Of a stretch of DNA of 64,000 nucleotides, positions 12,065 to 24,900 are shown one piece after another. The position numbers and the translations under genes were made by a program. This DNA is from Lingula anatina (Eukaryota; Animalia; Brachiopoda): NCBI GenBank assembly GCA_051362555.1, contig CM120643.1, positions 26,540,848-26,604,847 on the forward strand, given 5' to 3'. The number at the start of each line of letters is the position of its first letter. Within the stretch, counting starts at the first letter, position 1. The notes below the pieces were generated by a model, which made no database searches, had not been told where the DNA came from, and saw only the letters and a program-made list of their open reading frames with translations.

Positions 12065-15000
12065 TCAGATGCCATTTAAATTGATATCAAATGGCAACAG
12101 AAAGTCATGCATGGCATATTTCCATGACCAAAGTCTCGCAACTCGCTCAAATTCCACTTTATTACTCGAATAAAGTTCCCCAATCACTGGCTCCATGCAG
12201 ACGTGACAGTAGGGGTCTGTTAACAGTGACTGAATGCTGATTAACACTTTTGATATCGTTAATGCTAAACTCCAGTTGTGATGAATGGAATCGAGTCCAA
12301 TGTCTCCATGGCGACTAATGTTGGGATGGAAGATTTTTGTGATGAATCGCACAACGGGGGGCCTCATGGGATAGCTGGAAAGATGCAAATAGAACGTTTT
12401 TATTTGCACTTGACATTACTTCTCAGCTTGTAAGTCTGACCTGGTACACTTTCTGACATTCTGTCACAGACTGAGGAAAATAGTTAAGGCAGTAATGACA
12501 AGAAACAAATGAGTCTTGTAGACCAGCAGAAAACTTGATGGTTTGCTATAAGTAATTCTCAGTTTAAACCAAAGTTATTTTAGTTTACAAACACTAATTA
12601 TAGACAAATAAAATGACACAAAATAAGAGGCAATTATTCAAACTGCTTGGCTCATTAAGCTATTTCTTTATTAATTCTAATATTTCTAATCTGATATCCA
12701 GGGTGTGTGTGTCTCACCTGTGTGGAATCTGCAGGTACAGGTAAAATATTCCACCTTCATACGGACTCCCTGCAGGACCCGTGATAGACGCCTGCCAGTG
12801 ACAGCAGTATTTGTCCAGCGGGGTCGCCTGGATACCTTCAGGGGGGTCTGTCTGTAAAGTTTTTAGCTCACTCCGTAACCTCCGATGTCGCCATGAGTTT
12901 TCTTCTATTGGAGGTGTACTCTGGAAATTGTTAAATATATTCAGATGGGATTTCATATTATTAGGCTACAGAACTGCTGGCTGAAAATCTAACACTGAGA
13001 CAATAATTTGCAGTTTTCCATGATAATGCATTGCAAAGTAGCATTGTTTCACAACATAAGTTAAAATCTAATCTGGGGGAATGGCTGACATAAACTGTTA
13101 TATGATATCTTTAACACTCAATATATATTTGCAAGCAAATGTGAAAATTTATTCACTGAGATATTCTTGCAAATAAATAAATAAATAAAAGTATTAAGGT
13201 AAATGAGAAGAAAGAAGACATTATTGAAGCATTTCCAGCAGTTTCAAAACATATGACAGAAGCCTCACAAATCTACCTCTACCTGCTTAGTGTTATATTG
13301 ATACTGAAAGTGAAAGTGAAAGTGATCACCATTAATTAATCCAAATCTGTGGACCAGTTACCTGGGGATACTTACTTGTAACATCATTCTGTTTAGGCAT
13401 AGCCTGCAAGGTGCACTTTCTACTCTGAAATAACAAACACTTGCTGTACAGCACGACTGGCCTCATTAACAGTACAAAAATAGTTGTACAATTGACAGAA
13501 CAAGTCTGCAAGACTGACCTTATTAATAGACTACTCAGAGAAAAATCATTTGTTTAAATATAATGTTGACCACAATTATCCTAACATTATAAATATCACA
13601 GGTTAACAACAAAAGAACTGCTGACCCAAAACTTTGTTTTCATAACCTAAGAAAGAGGCTCTACTCAGCCAAGCATACTGAATCTTAGTCTCATGCTTCT
13701 CAGATTTTGATTACATTTCAGAAAATATAACCTGTTAAACTAGTGCCATCAAGTGTCATTTCTTGTCAAAATTTCCTTAACACATTTTGACGACACAGAC
13801 ATGACCATATAAGTGACAGTTTTTGACGCAAGTTGCCAAGTTTGAAGAAAATAAAATAAATGAATAAATAAATAAATAACACATACTAGTATAAACATAC
13901 GTACAGTTTCGTATAAATGGTCCTCCAGCACCTGACTTTGTATTTGGGGTCAAACAGCGGCCATCGCAGGCGTATAAAGTGCTGCCACTCCTCGTCTGTG
14001 GTCTCATCCTCCATAATCTGCTGCCATCTATTGCACACATTGCCCGCACTCCAGCGAGAGATGTCATCCAGGTAGTTAAATACAACTAGGAGCACTGAAA
14101 TACGATTTATTTATTTCACTAGATTTTTTTTTCTGATTATAACTGCTGTACTGAAGAGTAGTATACTCCAATGATGTCAAATTCTTGGCTGATATTACAA
14201 ACTGCTATAATTCCTCTCTGACCATATTCTCAGGCTATGCAACATGGTACTAATATAAGGCATATTATTATTATTGGTGGTGTTAAATGTTCTAACCCTC
14301 TGTTGGTAAGGCATCAACCAAGCCCTCAGGAATCTTCTCTTTGTCAAACTCTCTGGGCATGGTCAAGTTGGCGATCCTTTCCGCCAGTTTATCAGGCTTT
14401 GTGGGGGCTGGGGTAGAGATGCCCCTTCTGGAAGGCCTCTCTGCCCCCGCAGGGGCCTCAGCACAGCTGCCATCTGTTTGGAAAAAGGCTGTTGCATCGT
14501 CTGGTTCTTCATTCCCAGAGTCTCCTGAATCTGTTTTCTGCAAATATGAAGGATATCCATGCTCACTTCAAAGATCATTGAAAACTATGTGTGTAAAGAA
14601 TGAAATCCTTTAACATCACATTGTTTTTTACTGAAACACAATGAATCAGTGATGTAAATCTAATAACCAAGTCATCTATATAAATCAATAAACATTACTG
14701 ATTATAATCTTTAAGATATTTAGCATAACTTATAAAGCAAAGACAATTTCTCTCAAGGCAGCAAAGAAATTATCATTCAAGGAATCATAAAAAAATGGTT
14801 AATAGAATACAAAAGCTCCACTGAAAATAAATACGATATCTTACTCTTTGATGCAGCCAGTGTTTCATTCCTGATTAAAAAAAAAACATGTTTTTACATT
14901 GTATGCTGATGTTTAAGATAACAGGTGTATCTCAGCAGCTTAAAACATGAAATATGAAAACTGTGACTCACCTCTAGATATGAGATATCCTCAGGGTTGT

Positions 15001-15700
15001 TGATGTCATCAGGGAACAGAAACAAGTGACAGGTGCTGCAAACAGGTTGACCAAAACTAGTCCCATAGAAACCTCCACAAACACTACAGGTCTTGTACTG
15101 GAATCAAAAGGAGATTCTAACATTTAGCATCAACTAATATGTTAATTTAATACGTTTGCAAAACTACAGGAGTATGATTACCAGTACCTACTTCTTTACT
15201 CGTTTGCCAAAACCACTGTGTTAGATATACATCAAGTCAGAGCTCTGTGAAATCTTGCCAAAACTCGAGGTATTTCTGGGAAATAAAGTTTTAATAAAAG
15301 TAACCAAGAAATGCTTTCATTTTCATCTCAGTTATTATCAATCAAATAATATATTCTGTGATTACCATTTGGATATTTTCTTTAAACAAGATTTAAATAA
15401 TTTCGATATACTATGGGTCAACAAGTTGAAAGAATATGTTAGTTCAGCGGCAGAGGCTGTTTTAAGACGAAAAATCACCATAAAAACATCAACAAACTCA
15501 ATGCGACCAAAATGCCGAATCAGGAAATGCTATTCTTATTTACCACACAATTGTTTTTGTGCGTTCAAATTGATATATGAGAATGTCATTACTGTAATAA
15601 TCTGCATGATACAGGTCACTCAAATATCCAGATTATTATGATCACAAAAACTCACTTCATTTGACAGAAATTCCTGTATGTCGTCTACCTCAGTCGCCAT
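12065..15700 (-). CDS. morgue: Morgue-type protein: N-terminal C4 zinc finger + F-box + ubiquitin E2-variant domain lacking the catalytic Cys; 7 exons (15700-15656, 15097-14972, 14537-14297, 14094-13905, 13424-13376, 12920-12718, 12374-12065), ~387 aa
   Basis: C4 motif CSVCGGFYGTSFGQPVCSTC. F-box-like DALPTEVLLVVFNYLDDISRWSAGNVCNRW. UBC fold WQASITGPAGSPYEGGIF...YPMRPPVVRFITKIFHPNISRHGDIGLD with Gly at the catalytic Cys position. All splice phases are consistent. Confidence 0.9.
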
Positions 15701-15969
15701 GATGCTTGGTCAATATGCGCATGCTTGACCTAATTTTACTTACATGTATATTTCTCATCATGGCAGAAAAACATGCATAGTTTTGTATTGGTTGTGCTCC
15801 TACTTTTACATTGATGCTGCTAAAATAAAGCTGTTTTATTTATCGACGAACATGGAGCGAAAATAGCACTTAATGATTTGCTTTTGTAGACATGCGCAGT
15901 GGTGTCACTTCCGGAAAGCACCTGCACAACAAAGTTCGAAAGTGCCCGCGAGGCCGGTTGAGATGAAAT
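15701..15969. promoter_or_regulatory. Bidirectional promoter region between morgue and INTS8
   Basis: Divergent ATGs are 269 bp apart. NRF1-like TGCGCATGC (~15716) and CATGCGCA (~15891), ETS-like CACTTCCGGAAAG (~15906), and GCTTGACCTA (15723-15732). Confidence 0.7.
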
Positions 15970-18900
15970 ATGGCAGACACAGAGAGAAGCGAAACCCCAG
16001 ATATCACTGCAGTAGCTCATGCATCGACAGGAAAGTCGTGGTTTGAATTTCTGCTGGATGAAGCCCTCTTGGAGAAACATTTGCTGGGGGACAACCCAGG
16101 TGATGACTGGTGTGATAGTGGTGAATCAATTGAATCTATATACCAGTACTGTACTACAGATATAGTATAGTAATAGATCTGCCGAAATCTCCTTTTCACA
16201 TTTTTTTTCTCCCAAACTACAATGATCTAGCTGTTGACAACTGGCAGGTGTTAGCAATACCTTAGGGTAGTGGGAAGATAATGGCCGGGCATAGTTTGAG
16301 TTTAATTATAACTGCTAAAAGTATATTAAGAAGGCAATTTCAAGCTTCGGCAATATTCATAAAGCTTCGGCATGTGTGACAGGAATCATATATTGTCAGT
16401 AACACTGCCAGACGTGGCGAAGTGGATTTGATTCCCACTCAGTCCCATTTTTTCCATTAATTTTTTTTTTAAATTATAATTATATACTAATCTATTATGA
16501 TGGTTCAGTGATGTGACGGGTATCAGCTAGTTAACTGTGTTGTCATGCACAGTTGGCAATATTATCAATTCGGTAACAATTACAGAAACAACTTTAATAA
16601 GTGTGATGTACCTTGCACATTTATGTTTAATGTTATTAATGCCACGAAAAATAGAGGAGCTTTATTGACTAAGTAAAAGTGAGTTGTATTGCAAAATGTC
16701 AATACTTGACGCTCATGTATTTATTTTTATTTAGTTCAAAACATTTGATTAAAGGAAATATTATGCCAGGATGATCTCATGTAAGAAACTTTTATCACAA
16801 CATGTTACAGACAATATTATTTGTTTTTAGATCCATCAGGGACTCAGTTAATTCTGCAGTTTCTCCAGCATGCGGAGGCTGTTCCTAACGTGGGCAAAGA
16901 TCAGACGAGTAACGGGACAGAGGGGAAAGGAGATGAAAAACAAGGTATTGTGTTATCTAGAGGGGCTTTTAATGTACAAATTAACTTGTAAGTCATGGTT
17001 CACTTGTTGATTTGGTATCATGCTAAGCAAAAATAGGAGTCTTCATAGATATTAGTCCAAATCAAAATTAGAATTGATCTGAAACTAATTCCATTTCAGG
17101 AGAACCAAAATCAGGAGAAAATAAGAAAACCAAGGCCTTGAAACTACTAGCTCTGAAGATTGCAGCATTTCTGAAGTGGGATTTAGATGTTTTAGATAAA
17201 AGGTAGTATTACTCAGAGCTAAGAACGGCTGCTTTTCTAACATCTAAATTGTTGAAAAAAGAAAGAAAAATAGATGCTTTACATTGAAGATTAATGGGCC
17301 CTTCTTGTGCTCAGCTAATCATGGGCAGCAAAGTTTATACATGTCCCTCAATTCATTGCCACGCCCACTGCCACACCCACTATCACACCCACTGCCATAC
17401 TTACTGCCACTTTCATTGCTGGAAATGATACTCAACCAAATTGTGAGAGAAAAGGAATTACAGTAATCTTGTTTATATAATGAAAAACAATAGTATCAAT
17501 TAATGCTATTATGAAAAATTAATTGATACATAACTGTGCCATGAAACTTCAATCATTTTGGATTTTTAAAAAAATTAACAATTTTAATATCCAACTATTA
17601 ATGTAAGTGATAACATAACAATACAACTGTGCAGTTGATCCTCGGTCATACTGAATTAAAATCTTCACCCATGATTCTCAGTTTATGGAATTACAATATA
17701 CTACACGTAACTTGCATTTTTGAAAATAATATTAGCTATATTTTAAGTGTCGTGATGGCTATGATATTTTATTTACAGTATCCCATTATCAATGATGTCT
17801 GCCCTGCTGACAGAGCTGGTGAAGATAGCATTTCCCCAGGACCTGGACCCTGAGACTCTGAAAGACGGAGACCTGTCCTTGTTACCTGATGAGACCGTTT
17901 TTGCTCTTATGCTGTATCACAGATGGTATGGGTATTGTTGAATTATTATTCTCAAATATGAAGTCAATTGTCATTCTTTTATTTTATATAAATTAATGTT
18001 TTTAGCATTTTTCTTGTTAGATATAGCAAAAGCATCAGTTCAGTCACAGGTGAAAAGATGTTCAAAGCAAACCAGTATAAATTTGAACATTATTTGGGAT
18101 TTTTTAAATTTATTTGCAACACATGTTGCAACAGTCTGCTGTTCAGTTTGACAAGTGTTTTTGTTTATTTCATTCATTAGAATCTATTCATTTATTTTCA
18201 GGTGTGTTAAGACAGCAATTAAGGACAGCTTTCCCAGCAGACCAACCAAGACTCTAAATGTTCCAGTGTGAGTACAGGAAAACATCTCATGTGGGACATG
18301 TTTGATTTTTTTTCCTGATTGTTATTAATTGTTATTAATTGAAATGCCTGTCACCAAATAAAGAAAAAACAATTTAAGATATAATTTGAAGTTACTGATA
18401 AATACATCAGATAGATTGTAACTTGACAGGTAAATTATGTGTCTAACAGAAAACTGTCTATAATAGATAACTTTGGTTATAAATTTATTATTGAATTTTT
18501 TAAAATTATGTTATTATCTAGGCCAGGTGTAGTGGATCCAACTCTAGGACTGAACGGGGCTAATAAAAGCATGCTAGAAAGTGTAAGTAATAATGCATTA
18601 ATGAAATCCTAAAAACAAAGGTGTACATTTTAAGGTCCTATATCTAAAGAAAGTGTCAGGTGATATATTTTGATTAGGAAAATGGAAAAAAAAATTCCAG
18701 TCATTTTAACTTCGTTAAAAGATAAGTTATTTTGCCATTCAAAATGATATAATCAGGTATGCCACCCAAACAATAGAGGGCAGCACTTTACAGCTCAAAA
18801 TGACAAATAGATGTCACCTCTGTAGGTGAAGTCCCAGCTGACAGGATCAGCTCTGATCTTGGAGAAGTGTAGTAATTTGACCAAGTCCCTGATGATGCCC

Positions 18901-21900
18901 AGTATTGACAGTATAGCTGGTCTCCATGAAAATACTGAGACTATCACACACCAGTGGGACAAGGGACAACTGATACCAAATGAGGAACTAATATGTCAGG
19001 TAATTTGATGGTGGTGGAAGAAATAATGATAACAATTAATGATAAAATATTGTAATTGTTTTAAACTAAGTAGGTGTCAGTAATATTAGTTTCTTTGTCA
19101 GTGTTCCCAAGAACATTCGTACGTACAAATTTTTTTTTTTATTTAGACTTATTTGCAGTGATATTTTAAACTCTTTTGCAGATTTGTTATGACTTGGGTT
19201 GCTATCATTTCTTCCATGAGAACTATCAACAAGCACATGCCATGTTCACCAAATCATCTTCATTGTTACAAAAGGTAAAGTCGTATGTTGTGTCATCTTG
19301 TTTTTTATTGGTCATTATCACTGATTCCTATTTCCTGTCACAAAAGGTATGGGGTTATAATTGTGTCATATGTGTGATCCCTATATTTGGTAATTACCAC
19401 TCCCCTTTCCATCCACCAGAGGGGGTAAGCCAATACTTCTGTAGGATAGAATGTTCATTTTGTGAAGAACTCAAACGTTGCATTATGTTATTAACAGGTG
19501 GTCAATCCACACTTCTTGAGACTTGACCGGTCACGATTAAGTGGCTACTGCAGCGCCTGTAATGCTCTTCTGAACATGGAGGTCAAATCTGATGCCCCTA
19601 CGCTACAAGAAAGAGTGGAACAATGTAGGAAAAACAACTTTAAGGTGTGTATTTTTTTATTTAAGAATCTTTCTAAAGAAACATCAAAATCTTTACTTTC
19701 CATTCGCTCTCTCTCTCAAAGCCATTGAAATCTTTAATGTTGATTTTCTTTTTACCCAGGGAATTGTTGAACTACTCCGAGAAGACAATCAGAAATCAGA
19801 GCTTTCAGTGCATTACAGAGTTTCAGTGGAAGAAGAAATACGAAAGTTAAAGTGAGTCCAATTGTTTCCAACATATTTTTGTTAATAAGTGAATTACTAA
19901 GATAATGATTTGTGTCCATACTTGAAACATAAAGAATCGTTTTTTGAATTATGATACCTAGGAGTGATTATTAGTGCACTTAATCACACTAATCAATTAA
20001 TTAATCAATCAATCAATGTGAATAAGAAAATCATCACAACAGTTTAGAAAGTCTTATGTTCAGTAGAAATACAACCCTCTGTATCTGGACTAAATGGAAT
20101 AATCCATTATTGTTATTGTTTTGTTGTTGTTGTTTTTGCTATTATTATCATTGTTATTTCAGTAATTTGCCACTTCTGTTCCAAGTGTGTACATGTAATA
20201 TCATCAGACAGGTTCTGGAGGGCAAGGCCATCCTCTCTCCCTATCTGGACATGTTGGAGGGAGAAAGTGAAAGTAATCTGCAGTTGATTTTAGAGGTAAT
20301 GTTGTCTTCTATATATGTCTTCCTATCTGGATATGTTGGAGGGAGAAAGTGAAAGTAATTTGCAGTTGATTTTAGAGGCAAGTTTATTATATTTTATGAG
20401 AGAATTTTAAATTTTTTTTGTGATTTTTCTGTTGCCTCATCTTGATATGCAGTAGTCAATAAGACAATTTTACTAGGCACAGTTATTTTCTTTCTTTGTT
20501 TTCATACTCTAGACCTAGACAAGCATGCTAGAAATCTACTGTATTTTATTTTATAAGAAAAATAATGAAAGCCAAGGGTCATCTTTGTGTTTTGTCTTGA
20601 TTTAAGAAAAAATGACAAATCTTCTACTGATATTTGGGGTAAATTATATGGTATTATGGATGGAAAAGTTTCCTGTTTAACTTAGAAATGTTTATTCAAT
20701 TTCCTAAGAATATATTGGTCATTGTTTTGTACATTTCAGATGTCATCAGAAGTTATCAAGAAGTGTTCATTTCCCAAGAAAACTAACCTCAAGTGTTTTC
20801 TCAGGTATTACCTCACAAATGTAATAGACAATAATGTCTGTAAAGTGTGTCATAGTCTTGTTAGCATTTCAAAAATTTTAGATGAAGCGAAAGAAGTGAT
20901 GTAATATTTGGTAACTGAGTAGACATAAATGAACATAACAGCCATCTATTTGAAAATATAAATCAAATGTCAGCATCAAGTAAAAATGTCAGTGCCTTCC
21001 ATGCTCTTATATATTGTATATCCATGGGATCCATCATTAGGTAATTATAGTTAGATGTATCCCTTTTTCTTTCCCCCAAAAACAGCATATTCAGCAAGGC
21101 AAATAATGTTCCCTTTCCTGTTCCCTCCATATGATAGCACAATTTTTTTGGTACTATTTTAATTAATATTTGCCCAGTGAAGCAAGGCTAAATTGTTATG
21201 CTCCTTGTGTCTAACTCCCTCCCTTTAGCAAAATCCCAAATCTCCAGTATATGTTGATATAGAACAAAATTGGGACCCCTTTTATTTGCAGTCATCTGTG
21301 CCAGAGCCTGCCTGCCTCTACAAACTTCACATCTGGTCTGTTGAAGTCTGATCTGAGACAGCAGTTTGACCAGAGAGAAGTAGAAGAACTGCGGTCCTAT
21401 CAGCATGAAGATCAAGACTTAATGAAACTTGGACCGGCTCCTCATACGGAGCTAAATGGTTATTATTACCTGTAGTTTTTATGTTAAGATTTTTTTCTTG
21501 AATTGAAAAGGACTGTAGTTGGATGGCTACCTCTACCCAGAAAATATTGATAAATAAATGAATAATTATCTACATAAAGAAATTGATAAATGAAAATATT
21601 AGCAATTACTGAGATATGTAATTCAAATAATTTATTTGCATTTCTATTTGTATTTGATATTATTTTTTGTTTGATTGCTAATACCAAATATTATAAGAGA
21701 ATATTGATAAAATATCACACAAATTGTCCAATCTGTTACATTTTTATAAAGATGTAATTTTTGTTTAAATTATTCCAGATACGTCCAGCCTGGAGCGCCA
21801 GGTGTTGATAACATATGAACCCAAGAAGTTGAAGGAACTTTTGGTAAAACTACAAGGAAAACTAACACGACAGCAGCTCATGGTCCTTAGTGATAAGGTA

Positions 21901-24900
21901 AATATTTTTCCTCATTTTTAAATTTGATCATTTGACCTGTCTCTATATTTCCTAGTTACCAAATTATGTATCGGGCTGAAACTTTGACTTCAATGTACTT
22001 ATATTAACATACTTTATTATTTTTAAATAGATATATAAATAGAGCAGTTTGCTCAGTTAAATAATAATTGTATTCTTGTGGCAAGAGTCTCCCTGTTATG
22101 CTCTACCATTAATGCAGTGTTTGACCAAGCAGAGCAGTGTACTGTAAAATACCATATTCTAATACAGGAACAATAGTAAGGTATGTAGTTATTGAAGGTG
22201 GTGTGATAGTATATCATATCACAATAATATAATATTCCTATATTTCCCCAGTGGAAGGTATCCAGAGATATTCAGCGTGGTTTTGACAGCTTGGTGTCAT
22301 GTCTAGACCAGGTGTATGGATATATATGTTTAGTCAAGGCTAAACAGTGTACTCAGATGAAGGTGAGCAAAAAAAGATTCTGAAGTTTGAGCGAAATTTT
22401 TTTATATCTCACTGTAATGTTAAGACTTCAACCCCAAGTTATGACACAAAATCAAAAGTTGGCAACTATATCATTGAAAAGGTGCATAATGTTGATGCAG
22501 TATATTGTTATTCTTCAAATGCAATTTGTTCATTAAAAACCCATAAACTTAGGAAACTTTATTGTAAAACAAACACCTGCTTATATATTCAGATGTTTCA
22601 GTCGGCACATGATCTTCTGCTGGCGTCGGATGCCTCGGTGAAGGACCTGTCTTACAAGTTGTCCAAATTAATTCGCTGGGAGATACTACAGGTGGACATC
22701 CAGCTGTTCCAGCAAGCAGACGGCTTTCTGGAGAGTTCCACGGTTCAGGACATCATGAAGAGGACCAAGACCTGCATCACCTCATTAAGACTGGACTCTG
22801 GTAATTTTGCAGGACATTTTGGGTTTTTATTGAAAGTATTTCTTTGATGATACTTTTTTGTACTGGATACTTTAAGTTTAAGTACTTTGGTTATTTAATT
22901 TAGTATATGTTATTTAGATTTTTCTCTCATCATGGCAGAGATTTTGAATTTTTTGTGAGACATTTTATTATTTTATCACTATATTTCTTTAGTAAGATTC
23001 TCTTTTTTATAAAAACATATTGGGTCATAATATTTACTAGACTAAGAACCAAAGTATCTAATTCAAAAACATAATAATCTAAAATATAAATTTTATCTGT
23101 GTCCATATGTTACCAGCAAGTCAATTTACGAAACCTGGTCTGTAAATAAATAAATAAGTAAATATTTCAGACATGTCGCCCAGCAGTGATATTGTGGGAC
23201 ACTGTGTGGCTTTCCTTCTCAACATCAAAGACTGGGATTATTTGGGGAACTTGGAAAACACCAACAGTGGATATATAGAGGTGGGTGTGGTCTTTGTAAT
23301 ACACCAACAGTGGATATATAGAGGTGGGTGTGGTCTTTGTTATACACCAACAGTGGATATATAGAGGTGGGTGTAGTCTTTGTAATACACCAACAGTGGA
23401 TATATATAGAGGTGGGTGTGGTCCTTGTAATACACCAACAGTGGATATATAGAGGTGGGTGTGGTCTTTGTAATACACCAACAGTGGATATATAGAGGTG
23501 AGTGTAGTCTTTCCTAGTGCATCCTTTTCTGAGGTTTTTGGAAAATACTTTTCTCTTCTAAATCTTTGTGAAACCTTCCAGTTATTTTGACAAAAGATTT
23601 GAGTTTCCACAGAAATAGGCTTTTGAAAACTTTTTTTAGATTTATCAGAAAGGTGCTTTTTTGTGTGTATATGTATTGATGAAAGCCAAGGTAATTGACA
23701 TTCTGATAATTAAAAATAAAATCACTTTTTGCAATATTCTTATCTTGATTTAAGGTAATTAAATAAATTAAAATGTTTTCCTGTCATATTTTTTAGTTTG
23801 GTCGTCTGCTGTCCCTGCTGTGTAAAGAACTGCCCAATATGAAGGAGAGCAGGAAAGCTGCCAGGGAGGTCTGGGAGGCAGGTGAGTAGAAAATAGATCA
23901 ATTTGACAATGCTGAACATGGAAGTGCTGCAGTATCTTTGTACTGTATCAGACACAACTATAGGGAATCCTTGTTTTTTAACTTCTCTTTTTTTTCTTTT
24001 TTTAAAGGGAAATATCCAGGTTAATATGGTATACCAATGGTAAATATCTAGGTATGACTTAGCAAAGTCAATTGTGACAATTCAGTAGGGGGAAACAAAC
24101 CTGTTGAATGTCATTTATGAGATGAAAACACAATTTCATATTTATGTGGAAACTTCTCTTAACAAATTTGGTTGAAACATCAGTTCTCGAAGAGAAATGT
24201 TAGGGAAGGTTTATCATACAAATTTAAGTTAACCAATTTTTTTTTTTTTTTGTTCCAGTTTTGCAGATATTCACAACCACTGAGCAGCAGAAACGTAGCA
24301 GCAGTGGTGCTCCCAGTTCGATGAAAAGAGAATCCAACTTAGGCCTTATATCTAGGGCACATTTTGTTCAGTTCATACAGAGAATTAAGGTATTGGGTGG
24401 ACATTAATTAATCCACCTGGATCAGTTTTTTTACATGCATTGTTATGTCCTTGTTATATTAGAAGGTGTCTTATCTTGGAATAACCAGGTCATTTTGGAG
24501 AAAAAGGCAGGATGTGGGATTGTAATGAGTACAGTGATAATCTTGTCTAAAAACAGAATTATGTTACACTCTTGGAAAAAAAAAATCATAAAGTTTTCCT
24601 ACAGATTATCAGTTCTGTGATTCCCATAAGTTAAACTAAGCTAAAGTGCTATATTCAATCAGATGAGGCATCCTTCAAAACACTGTGCAGAATTTGACCT
24701 GATACCAGTGAAAGAGGCATACATATGAATTAGCGTACAAATAAATATTTATATATGTACAACAAATAATGTTACGAGGTCTCACAATAGCAATATTTAA
24801 CATTATATGAATATGAGTGTATGACATAGAAATAGAACAATATTTATTTAAAAAATAAGAAGATAAGTTTATACAATCAATAATTTCAGGATCCTGTAGT

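Noticed and set aside
12065-12956. Call as an active ubiquitin-conjugating enzyme (UBE2D-like)
   Set aside because: The catalytic Cys is replaced by Gly and the exons splice to upstream F-box and zinc-finger exons.
15255-15641. 128-aa plus-strand ORF
   Set aside because: It lies antisense in morgue intron 1, is AT-rich, has a non-ATG start and shows no recognisable motif.
16405-16450. tRNA/SINE-like A/B-box resemblance (GTGGCGAAGTGG...TTTGATTCCC)
   Set aside because: Too short and degenerate; no cloverleaf can be folded.
23167-23610. 147-aa minus-strand ORF and a CRISPR-like appearance of the 43-bp repeat
   Set aside because: The units are contiguous with no unique spacers, there are no cas genes, and the context is eukaryotic; the ORF arises from the repeat.
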